The translations under genes and the position numbers were made by a program. The notes under the pieces were generated by a model that saw only the letters and a program-made list of their open reading frames with translations, searched no databases and was not told where the DNA came from. A DNA stretch of 63,889 nucleotides, the filler included, from Conidiobolus incongruus B7586 (Eukaryota): the NCBI GenBank assembly GCA_000697335.1. It is 3 parts of 3 records of this genome, joined end to end, with 100 filler letters (N's around TTAATTAATTAA, not from the genome) between each part and the next. Parts side by side here need not be neighbours in the genome. Positions count along the whole stretch, not along the records: positions 1 to 23,558 come from JNEM01006094.1; 2 more parts are not named here. One strand, 5' to 3'. Position 1 is the stretch's first letter. Every line of letters starts with the position of its first letter. This document shows positions 1 through 13,729 of the stretch, piece after piece.

Positions 1-962
1 GATTTGGTAACAAATTGTAATCTTAATTGGTGCATTTCTTTCTCTCTGACTTTGGAAATACGTTTATAAAAGTAAGTTTCCCAAGCGTAAAACTTAACCA
101 ATTTAATAGCTGTCAATATCTCCGAAGTTAAATGAACTCTCTCCGAAGTAATTTTGGTCTTCCTTTTAGAGATAGTCGCTGCATATTGAGCTAAAAAGTA
201 TTGAATGGGGAATAAAATTATTAGAATACCTACTAAAGGTAAAGCAGCTAATCGTAATTCAACAAATGCTAAAGCGATAACTACTAAAATTTCTACACTT
301 GTACTCCATAAAAAATGAAAATTAACAAATGCCTCAGCGATAGAATTACAATGATCTCCTACTAAAGTAACAATATCTCCCATTTCTCCAGATACAGAGT
401 GTAGCCTGAGTGATTTACGATATATCATAACCATTAAACTGGCGCGAACTTGAATACCTATCCTAGTACATTCCGCCTTCATTTGGTGACTACATAAACT
501 AGAGAGAGCACAACAAATAAGAATAGCTACAGCTGTCAAATGCGCTCCCAAAAGCGAAATACTCACGTGGAACCCTTTAAAAGTATGGTATTGAGGCGGT
601 GCTTCGGCAACATAACCAACAATTAATTTGAAAAATATATAAGCACTCAAATACATAAATATTATCCAACAAACTCTCCAAATACCCAACTTCATATAAG
701 TAGAACCGAAAGCTTCGTACAGTACCCTCTTCAAAGTGGGAGTAGAACTCTTATTCTCGTAAACTTTTTTCCAAGCACTATCTAATTTCAACCCTGTAGC
801 TTTAGCCGATTCCGACTGATCTAAATTTAACAAATCCAATTGGGGATCATTTCTCCTACGGTAAAGTCTCAATAAACCGAAAATATTTAAAAAGAAAAGT
901 TTAGCGATTGGATTCTTTGCCAATAAATCAATATTGGGAGCTCTATCTCTCGTTCTAACCAT
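1..962 (-). CDS. ABCC/MRP-family ABC transporter, N-terminal part (lasso + TMD1); runs off the window edge
   Basis: Manual translation from ATG at 962: MVRTRDRAPNIDLLAKNPIAKLFF...GIQVRASLMVMIYRKSLRL...GDIVTLV...SERVHLTSEILTAIKLVKFYAWE, which are typical ABCC TMD1 motifs. It is absent from the ORF track, presumably because no stop codon falls inside the window. Confidence 0.9.
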   Translation of the reverse strand, partial: MVRTRDRAPNIDLLAKNPIAKLFFLNIFGLLRLYRRRNDPQLDLLNLDQSESAKATGLKLDSAWKKVYENKSSTPTLKRVLYEAFGSTYMKLGIWRVCWIIFMYLSAYIFFKLIVGYVAEAPPQYHTFKGFHVSISLLGAHLTAVAILICCALSSLCSHQMKAECTRIGIQVRASLMVMIYRKSLRLHSVSGEMGDIVTLVGDHCNSIAEAFVNFHFLWSTSVEILVVIALAFVELRLAALPLVGILIILFPIQYFLAQYAATISKRKTKITSERVHLTSEILTAIKLVKFYAWETYFYKRISKVREKEMHQLRLQFVTK

Positions 963-2402
963 TTAAGTTTTTGAAATCAAGTGATAGAGGAAGTCTACAA
1001 ACTAATTATTATATTTTAATAAAATAACAATATTAATTAATAAATAAAAATTAACAAATAATTAAAAATAGTCAAAGATGATAAATAAGAATGGTGTGAA
1101 TATTGTCAAGTGGAAGTATTTGCCAAAATTCATAATGAATTATTTCATTCCTTATTCAGTGTAATTAAAGTTTTGAATATTTGTACCAATGCTATTTAAT
1201 AGATGGTGTTCAAATTTGGTTAAATCATCCAATCAACCATTTTGATTTGTCTGTTTTATTTTGAGTTGTCATGACTCTTTGGTTAGAATTTAAGGTGTCA
1301 ACATTGAATAAACTCTTGTTATTAATGCCTTTAACACTCAATAAAGCTTTGATTTTAAGTTTTTGCCAATATAGGGAAGTTTTAATTAGATTATATATGG
1401 GAAAATATTCATTGTTTTCGAAAAATATTGAAATCCTTGAACTTTGAATTTTATTGAAACTGTTAAAAAATTTTGTAAGTGAAATTACACAAATTTATTT
1501 ATTATAATATGTGGATCTTAGTGTCTAATAATTAAAAATAATTATGTTTAAATATATTATGATAGTGGATTCTAATCGATATGTTATATTTTCAAAAGCT
1601 GTAAGTAACCAACAAAACACTCAAATTTTAATAAATTTTTTACAAAATTATAAGCTACACTTATATAGCCAAGTAAAAATTGCCAACCTAATATCATTAG
1701 CCTATGTGGAATATAACTTCTAATATTTAATCAACTGAATAATTTGTAAGATATTTTCAAGAATTGTATCATTATACCTATATATTTTGGTGACACACTT
1801 GCCTTTTATAAATAATTTGGCTATCCTTTCAATTATTTAATTATTAACCAAATAAATATACTATATGAGGAATTAGTTATTGGACAATTTTGAAAATTAG
1901 TTTAATTATTATTGAATATAAAATGGAAATAATCTAAAGTAAGCTGTTATTTCATAAGTTATAATATTGATGATCTCTTATTATCGTGAATATAAGATAT
2001 AATAGATATATTATGGTTTTTTTTCAATATTACACAAATTATAATAAATTTGGCATAAAAATTTTACTCCTTTAAAGGTTTAGATTGAATGAATTTATTA
2101 AATTTGATATATATATGTTTAATGTAGGATTCGCATTAAAAAATAGAATATCTAATGCTAAATAAACATTATATAAATATTTAAACATATAAAAATATAT
2201 ATACTAATAAAATATGAAAATATTGTAAAAAGTTGTTTTGAAAATATACCATTTATGGGAGATGTATATATTAATGAAATATAGGATTTTAAGTATGATT
2301 ATTTCCTTTTATGAATATAGTGAAATAGGTATAGTATTATAATAATATAAAATATAATGACTTGGGAATTTATTAAAATAGAATGAATATTTAACAACAT
2401 GG

Positions 2403-4970
<2,568 letters not shown>

Positions 4971-5328
4971 GATATAAATTTAAAGCAAAAGATAAAAGAA
5001 TAAATTAAAACAAAAATACAATTTTTAAAGTAAATAAATTTTAATATGAGAAAAAGAAATCTGTTAACGTAATCAATTCTCATTTGGGTTTAAATACTGA
5101 ACTAGGAAATGGATTTTAATTTTACCATTAATTGATCATTTTTATTAATAGCAGTCCACTTAAGCACAACAGATTTTATCCAATTTTTTATATTCTTCCT
5201 TTTGATTTATTTTGTTAATTATCATATTTATAATAATTGTTATAAAAATATGTTTTTATTTATTAATAACTTTTTAATATTAAAGAAATAATTATAATAA
5301 TCAATCTTTTTCGACAATTTGAAATAAT

Positions 5329-5342
5329 CTAGAATATTCTAG
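5329..5342. promoter_or_regulatory. Possible heat-shock element upstream of CDC48 copy A
   Basis: Perfect palindrome CTAGAATATTCTAG (nGAAnnTTCn units) ~360 bp upstream of the ATG. A chance match is possible in AT-rich DNA. Confidence 0.3.
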
Positions 5343-6756
5343 GTAATTATGTTAACAAAAATAGTTTATAAACTTTTTCAACCCCAAAGTGGTTGTTATT
5401 AAATCACAAAATTATAATATTATAAATATAGAGTATATTTTGATAGAATAAATGTTTCCTATAATTTAACTAATAACCTTACAACTAATCATTTTTTAAT
5501 CTATAATTTTAAAATCCATTAATTTTTGATATTGTTCAAATTAACACTTTAAATTCTAGAAAAGTATTCGAATGCATAGTGAATTATTAGCTTTGATGAT
5601 GATTTTTTTTATTTTCATATAACCAATATTATCTCAAAGCACTCCAATGGATCCTTTTGACATAACATGAGAATCAACCAAACTTGATATTAGTCCAAAT
5701 AAAATTTTTGTGTTTATAATTTCATCAAAAATATTGTGTCTTAAACATTATTTGAAAAAAATCAAAAATTGAGGAAAAATAATTCGAATTATACATCATA
5801 TTTAACCAATACTATTATATTAGAATATGTATTAGAATAACTCCAAAATTATTATTAATTATTTAATCACATGGATTCAGGATATTATTAAGCTATCTAA
5901 ATAATTATTGAATCAAGATTAACAGTTTGAAAGTACTAAAATCAAATTTTATTTGTAGAATATATTCAAGTGTAATATTAGGAATAATAGTAAATTTGTT
6001 TCCAAAAGTAATATATATTGGGCCTTCTAAATATCAATTCGTTTAATCTTGTTAATATTATATAAATTAGTATAACAAATTAAAATTACTATATATAGTT
6101 TCTAATTGGATTTCAAAAAATTTAAATTAATAATGATAAGGAATTTTGATATATATTATATTTTATAATATTATATTATCAAAATTTCTTATGTAAAATA
6201 TTTAATGTAATATTTTAAAAATCAAATGATTAAGAATATAAAGATATTACAATTAAATTTTAAAAAAAACATCTCTAATATATTTAATGACTCTTACTTT
6301 GAATTAAATATCAAATCACCTATTTATAATATTCAAATATGTAAATTAAGAAAATGCAAAAATATATAAAAATTTTTTGATATTGAAAATAAATAAAGAT
6401 TATAATATAAAGTTACAAATATAAATATATAATATAAAATCAACACTCCTTTTTATTATTAATAGCTCTTTATTATAGTTTTAACAAGCTTCTAATACTT
6501 AAAAACCAATACTTTTTATCAAATACTGAAATTTGATGTTTCATAAACCAATTAAATTTTTATAAAAATTTTATTATAAGTTAATTTTTTAATTACTTAA
6601 AGCAATTATAATCATATAAGTTATGATTTAGTTATTATACTTGGTGTAGTAGTTTTTTCTAATTATTTTTAATTAAAAATTTTTTTATAGCTTTAATTTA
6701 ATATTTTACAATTATCATGTAAAATAATAAATATCTTTAATTTGTAATAAAAACAC

Positions 6757-7480
6757 TGTTAGTTATATTTTCTAATAACAGGGTCTTACTATGAATAAAT
6801 GAATAAATAGCAAAAAGAGCCTTTTTAAATATGTTTTATTTTGTTTTAATTAGCAGAGCTATTACAAATGCTCAAGCCCATTGATTCTCATCCCCGACAT
6901 GATCTGGATAATATCTTCATACTCTGTGATATTGTTGAACGTCTCTCCACACTGCACCTCTGCATCCTGCACCTCAACATCAAGTGAGTAGAACGTAGAG
7001 GTCAACGGATACATGAGCATACCATATGGGAAGCCACCATCCTGCATATACCCCTCAAGCTGCTGCCTTGCTCTACTTGGATGTGTAGTGTCTTCCTTGC
7101 ACTTGATCACCAGCACTTTGGTTTTGTTTACTAAGACCTCCACAATTATGTCTGCCTTTCTCCTGTCCCTTGCATCCAGATGGTTCTCTGATGTTATAAT
7201 GTATCCATTCTCCACATCAAGCCCCGCGTATCTAAGAAATGCAAATGCTAAGCCTGATATGTTTCCCTCCCATGTTGCATTGGCTGCTATGTTTGCTGTT
7301 CGCTGTATACATACTTTCTGCTGTTCACTGAGCTCCATTTTTTTGCTCTAGGAATAAGGATCCCCTCTATTTCATCATCAATTTATAATTAAATGGTAGA
7401 TTAATTTAAGTTAATATTTGTGGGACTAGGAAATTAAATTTTCTAATAACAATGAATTCTTGTTAGCAGTATCACTAACA
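6757..7480. mobile_element. 724-bp TGT...ACA element with imperfect ~22-bp TIRs and 5-bp TSD (AACAC), carrying one ORF
   Basis: AACAC(6752-6756)|TGTTAGTTATATTTTCTAATAA ... TTGTTAGCAGTATCACTAACA|AACAC(7481-7485). The homologous site in mariner copy B (GAGAACACCATTTAG, ~11026-11040) has a single AACAC and no insertion. Confidence 0.85.
6862..7338 (-). CDS. PD-(D/E)XK restriction-endonuclease-fold protein (HsdR N-terminal-like), 158 aa; catalytic E apparently replaced by K
   Basis: Motif layout E51...KAD63II...VLVI-K79-C-K81...ARQQLEGYM...YGML matches RADxx...VIECK...A..QL..Y. Intronless and clearly more GC-rich than its flanks, with TATAAAT upstream and AATAAA downstream. Confidence 0.7.
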   Translation of the reverse strand: MELSEQQKVCIQRTANIAANATWEGNISGLAFAFLRYAGLDVENGYIITSENHLDARDRRKADIIVEVLVNKTKVLVIKCKEDTTHPSRARQQLEGYMQDGGFPYGMLMYPLTSTFYSLDVEVQDAEVQCGETFNNITEYEDIIQIMSGMRINGLEHL

Positions 7481-8499
7481 AACACCAATTAAAAATAATT
7501 TATATTACTATAACTTATTATAATAATTAACACTTTTTTATAAATAAAATATTTATCTATTAGAATTTATAAATAAGATTATATTAACTTAACATTTTAA
7601 TTGATGTTCTAATAAAGAGTTATATAAAAAGATTTATGATTTATTAATTGTAATAATTTATTGTAAAAGCTTTAATCTTTAGTTATACCTTAATAAATCT
7701 TATTTAATTATAGTTATTCTAGCTTGTTTTTAAGCTCTAGTTAAATTATAAGGTATTAATTTTATATTCTATTAATTAATTTAAGTTTCAACTTTAAAAC
7801 ATATAATATACTTGTATAATTAATATTTAAGTGATATAATAATTTATTAACTAAAATAAAAAGGTACTTATTAGTTGATATTTTAATCTATTGATACTCA
7901 AGAGGATAATAGTTAAAATTAGTTTTTTAAAATTTAATAAGTTTTAGATAATTTTTTTTTAATTTTAAAGTAATTTACTTAACAATAAATAATTAATTTA
8001 AATAAAGCACTATCTTCAAAACTAATTGAAAAAATAAAATGATTTTAAATAGCTTATAGTTAAGTTTTATTAATAGTAAAATCAAAGGCTTATTTTGATT
8101 ATTATTTAATTTAAGTATTATTAAATTAATCAATATATTTTTAAATATTAATTTTATTAATAAAAGATTAAGTATATAATTTAAAATTGTTTATTTTTTA
8201 TTTATTTTGTATATATATTTTTTTTCTGAAACTAATAATATATTTGAAATATCCAAAATTAAAAAATTTTCTATTTTTTTAATACTGTAGTAATATTTAA
8301 TAATAATTCCAGAGAATATGATATAATAACCAATTTTAGCTATGATCCTATTCCTTGTGAGAATTGATGTAAGGTGTGGTAAAATCATTTCCTTGGGTAT
8401 TATATTGTATGAGATGTTAATTACTCACTAAACAGAATTAAATATCTTTAGTGCTATTATATTTATAAAAATTTTAGTTGAATACCCAAAGTTTAAAAA

Positions 8500-9610
8500 A
8501 TGACATACACTTCATATATATTTAACTACCTTCAAAGCAATCTTTCTGACAGCAAAAATTTCTGTGGCAAAGTATTTAACAATATAGGAGATAATTGCAG
8601 GATTTTCAGGGACTCCATTGCAAGTTGGACAAATATAATCATTGGTAATATCAAATCAATCCTCCAATTTAAATGACTAGTCGTGCAACATGTAAATAAA
8701 GGAGTGCTCGGCAACTAGATGGTAATTGTTAAGAGATTCAATTTGTTCTCTAGGGATACACCAACTGAGGATCATATTTTTGATCTTTTTACTATTGAGA
8801 GTATCTTGGCTCAGTTGATCAAAAATAATTTGAGGTGTATCAGCAAGAAGTCTAACTAATTAGATTTGTTAATGGGTTCAATGGAGATTGGAATCGGATG
8901 GCTTGCAATAATAATATAGATTTTGACAAGAAACTCACCAAAATCTTGAAAAGAGCCAAAAGGTTGGAGATACCATGTTTTTTCAGGATTAAACTTGAAC
9001 CCAGAGGGTCATAATACATATCAGCTTGAGTGATTAACTTTCAGAAATCTGTAAACTATTCAAGAGAGGATGAGGATGAAGAAATATGAAATGATTCGGC
9101 TAAGGGAAGAATATCATTATCCTTAATATATACAAGGTGGATTCCAACTATAGTCTTGTGGTTTCTAATAAAAATAACAGATGAATCCAATATAACAGTG
9201 ATCTATTACTCAGGAATAGCTAAAATAGATATATCAAGTAATATTGAAAATATTGTCCAATCATCGTAATTGCTCTGAATACCAAGTAAAGTTTTTAAAA
9301 TCAAAGTTTATTTTCAACCTGAAACCACATCGAGTTTCTATGGTTTTAACCTTTTTAGTCTTATCCCAATATTTAAGGCTGGCTAATAAGGTTTTCATAT
9401 ATCTTTTCATCTTGTAGGTAAAAATATGATCAGGATTATCTATATTTTACTTGAGATAATAGTGTTGTATTGAGTGTTATATTGCTTGAGAATAAATATT
9501 AAAGTAAAAAAACATTCAAATATTTGTGTTAAATTTGATAGTTTATCTAGGCATTTATCAAATATAGGTAGGTATACTCAGAACTAATTCGAATTTCGGG
9601 AACAACCATT
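8500..9610 (-). repeat. Decayed coding-like dispersed repeat of unknown family, homologous in part to 48780-49070
   Basis: TTATCCCAATATTTAAGGCTG (9361) vs TTATCCCAATGTTTAAGGCTG (48821), and TGATAGTTTATC (9536 vs 48992), with near-identical spacing. Stop-riddled minus-strand frames include YICPTC. Boundaries are approximate. Confidence 0.55.
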
Positions 9611-10614
9611 ATCCTTGTCTCATAATTTCTCTTTATAATATCAATTTGATAGAATTTAATATTGAATCAAAAATAACAATTATAAGAAAATCATAACAGA
9701 TTATCTGTGAATAATTCAGCATATATTCTTTATATATAAAATGAAATGAATCTATAATATTGATTAATCACTTCAACACTAATAATAATAATAATATTAA
9801 AGTTATTTGTTTGAAATATCATAGACTGTGACTGTTATTTAGTTTTTCAACAATTCTAAATCTAAAATTTTTGATTATAAAAAATTCTTAGTTAAAATCA
9901 ACTTCCAAAAAGAAAAGCATATTCTTATCAATATAGATATTAGTATTTTTATCAAATTATAAAACTTTTAATATAATAGTAAAATATTGATATTTTTATT
10001 GAACTGATATATTAAGTCAATTTTATAGTGTATTGATTGATTTTTTCTAGTTATAATTCATAATAACCTTGATTATTTTTGCCTATAGTTAAAAAAGACC
10101 ATATATTTAGAATAATATATTATTTAGTGAAACGATATATAATTACGGCAAATATTGAAAATAAGAAAAATCATTTTGAAATCAACAAACATGGAATTTG
10201 AATAAAGTAAAATTAATTAAAGATGTTAATCATTTTAATCTTGTATTCGCAAAATTAAAACCCTATTTGTTTAAATTTCAAATACTATTCATTCAAATAT
10301 CTTGAAACAAATAAAAATTAGTTTACTTTGAAGAATTCAAATATATTAATATTAGTCACTAGCTTATGATAGTTTGTAAAATAATAATAATTATATAAAA
10401 TCAACAATGTTAAATTATCTTTACTGAATAGCTTTACAAACAGTATATTTACTGTATTAACAGCAAGTTATTCAGACTATTATAAAAACATATAATTTTT
10501 AAAATATAGCTTATTAACAAAGTTTTGTTAAATAACTAGTTCCAACATTAGATTCATTTGAATTAAAATACATAATTCATTAACACTGTAAATTTGATCC
10601 AATAAAAGTTATTA

Positions 10615-11932
10615 TTAGTGTAGAAATTAAATAATGGCACAATTTTAAAATTAAAATTAAACAAATAAATTTATAAATAATATATAAAAATTAATGAATA
10701 ATATAAAATTAATAGCCTCTTTTATTATTAATAACTTTTTTCTATACCTTTAGTAAGCTTCTAATACCTAAAAAACAGTTCTTTTTATTAAAGACTGAAA
10801 TTTAATATTTCACAAACCAATTTAATTTGTTTGCAGGAATTTTTTTTCCTGCAAGCTATTTTTTTAATTGTCTAAAACAATTATAATCACATAGATTATA
10901 ATCAGGTGAATATACTGGTTATGGTAACTCCCTCCATTTTTTTTTATATAAAAAATTTTTTACAACTTTAGCTTTATGTATTTTACAATTATCATGTAAA
11001 ATAATAGGTGTCTTTAATTTATATTGAGAACACCATTTAGAAATTGTTTTATTTAATAAAGTAATATATAACTTACTATTAATTAATTTTCCTTGAGGTA
11101 TTAAATAAAAAAACCATATACCATTATAATCTATTACAACAATTAATATTCACTTATATTTAAAGTGTTTATTCATTGGAATTTGTAGAGGGGATTAATT
11201 TAGCTTAACCCAACATCTTGTTTTATTTTTAAGTAAAGGATTATATAAAAGAATCTAAGATTCATTAATTGTAAGTATTTACTATAAAAACCTTTGTTTT
11301 TGGTTATACCTTAATAAGTTTAGTTTAGCTATAGCTACTTTAGTTTTCTTTTAGGTTTCTGTTAAATTATAAGATATCTATTTTACATTTTTATTAATTA
11401 ATCCAAGTTTAAATTTAAGTAAATATAACATGTTTGTATAATTAATATTAAATTGCTTTGATAGTTCTCTAACAGAAATAAAAGGGTATTTCTTAATATA
11501 TTTTTTTACTCTATTAGTAAGTAAAAAAATAACAGTAGAAATTAGTCTTTTAGATTTTGGTAAATTTTAAATAATGTCCCTTCTAGCTTTAAAATCACAA
11601 ATCCAGCAATATATGGTAGTTTTAGATAAAGCACCATCTTCATAAGCTGTTTGTAAGTTTTAGATGATTTTAGAGGGTTTATGGTTAAGTTTTAAAGATA
11701 CAAAAATAAAAGCCTTTTGATAATCACAATCTGGTTTAAGCATGATTAAATTTAAGTGTAAATTTTAAAATCAAAATATTTTAATAAAAAAAATAATTAA
11801 AATTGAATATATATATAGTTTGAAAATATTTATTTTCCTATATATTTTATATATATATAATCTTTCAAAACATATAATATGTTTGAAAGATTGGAAATTA
11901 AAAAATTTGCCATTTCTTAATTTCTATACTAA
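10615..11932 (-). mobile_element. Full-length (1318 bp) but inactivated mariner DD34D transposon, copy B
   Basis: TA-flanked TIRs: left TTAGTGTAGAAATTAAATAATGGCACAATTTT, right (revcomp) TTAGTATAGAAATTAAGAAATGGCAAATTTTT. Contains an internal transposase pseudogene. Confidence 0.93.
10720..11743 (-). pseudogene. Mariner transposase pseudogene
   Basis: From ATG 11743: LQTAYEDGALSKTTIYCWICDFK (HTH), K*ISYNLT (~WVPHEL), ILTINES*I (~TGDESW), IILHDNCKIH, P*PVYSPDYNLCDY. Exactly 34 residues separate the 2nd and 3rd Asp. Many stop codons; 3' end approximate. Confidence 0.9.
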
Positions 11933-13398
11933 TAATATGAAGCTATAAAATCAACAATTATATTCATTAAAATGTATATATATTACATTGAATGCTAGAT
12001 ATTATCTAATATTTAAAGCATTGCATTTAATTCTTCTAATTCTGTAGTTCTTGTTGGAAGTTGTCATAAAATCTCAATATCTAATATATCAAATAAGGCC
12101 AAATCCATCATTTAATTTTCAAAAGTTATGTTATTTATTCTATTATTTAAACATTTTGTTCATATATTCAAAAATAATAATGAATGAAAAGTTGACTAAA
12201 ATTTGATTATTGATCAGATTTTATTTAATATCTGGGGATTTATTTTATAAAAATTATTTAAGATCATTAAATATATTGAATAATAACAAATTTTGTTGTA
12301 AATTTTCAGATATACAATTAATTTCAGTATTAGGTTTTTAATACAGTTCTTATAGCGTAGTTTGTAATAATATTGTAAATATAGAATTTATCACTTGAGA
12401 GTTTAATAATTCAAACAAATATAGCTTTATTTTCATAGTCGATAGGTTCAGGTATTGATATATTGAATATTTGATTTTATCAATCGCAATAGTTAATTTG
12501 AATAAAATTTTATTTAACCAATATCAAATATAGGCAGTTCCATTGATACATTAAAATTGTGATTTAAGTGAATAATACGTATAGTTATAATTTATTTTAT
12601 CTATTTATCAAATAAACCTAAGCTGATAACTTATTCCAAAAATTAAGTGATATATTTACAAATCATAAAAGAATAATTATAAAAAGTTTCCTTTTTAATT
12701 CAAATTCATTGTATTGCATGTAAATTTAAGAATAGATGTTCTATTTCATATATGTGTGTATATTCTTATTGAAGCAATTGTAATAATATATATTATACAA
12801 TATATCAAAACACAAAACCAAAACAATAAGCTATATTGATAACTGGCCCAAGTCGAAGCCAGATAATGGCATATTTAGAATCACTCATAATTTTCTTCCA
12901 TAATATAAATTTAATTCTAATGTTTAATTTCAATTCTTGGATTAAAAGATCTTATTATCGATATAAAATTCTTCTTGTCTATTTTATCACGATTTGACAT
13001 TATTGAAACATTAATTGAATATTATCCATATTTAATCGATTTTATCATTTTCACCTTGAAATATTGTTATTATATATTTTTACAATCATTGTTCAAGATG
13101 AGATTAATATTATAATTTGTATCCTATTTATAATTTAATCTTTTAACCATCATTCAGATTTAAGAGTTGCAAAAATTAAAAACAGGTACAATAATGATTT
13201 TCAAACATATATTTCGTGATATTGAATTGAAATTGAAATATGATACTTTGTTTAATATAATAAATCTTTATTTAAAAAGTTATCAAAAAATAATATACAT
13301 ACAATTTTTAAATATTTGATAATGTTTGAAATTTTCACTATATAACCAATAAAACCAATTTTCTAATATGTGAATATTAATATTTATACTTCTTATAT

Positions 13399-13729
13399 TG
13401 TCGCGGATCGGGAGATCTGCACGCTATTCAACTTAAACCACTCATCATTATTCCGAGTGTAATCCACAAGCAAGTACTATACATAATCGTCGCACAATGT
13501 GAAATTTCGGACAACAACTACAATATGTATTTCAATATATTGACTAAGGATTAATAGCACTATAAAATTTCCGCTGAGCACACATTTGCTCTGGGATCAT
13601 CTCGATCAGGGCCAAGCCCTACACCTTGATATTTAAATAATCATGTAAAATATCTCGTTAGCTATATTTGGCCGGTTTTATCCAATATAATTGACCCGTA
13701 TTACAAGATCACTTTCCAGTAGACTTGCA
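13399..13729 (+). mobile_element. Probable solo LTR (331 bp)
   Basis: GC-richer island with TG...CA ends, flanked by ATAT on both sides (13395-13398, 13730-13733). Internal TATAAAA at 13561; no ORF. Confidence 0.6.

Larger units (their letters stand above)
6332..8293 (-). mobile_element. Degenerate mariner (Tc1/mariner DD34D) copy A, interrupted by a 724-bp insertion
   Basis: Colinear similarity to 10615-11932 (shared AAGCTTCTAATAC, TTTTACAATTATCATGTAAAATAATA encoding IILHDNCKI on minus, and GTTATACCTTAATAA). TIR-like ends are eroded, so boundaries are approximate. Confidence 0.85.

Noticed and set aside
6136..6192. 16-bp imperfect inverted repeat (ATAAGGAATTTTGATA / TATCAAAATTTCTTAT)
   Set aside because: Possibly a tiny MITE remnant, but it is almost all A/T, single-copy here and has no clear TSD.
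6767..7451. 14-bp direct repeat ATTTTCTAATAACA read as the TSD of a retroposed ORF
   Set aside because: Comparison with the empty site in mariner copy B puts the junctions at 6757/7480 with an AACAC duplication. The 14-mers are internal to the insert and there is no poly(A) tail.
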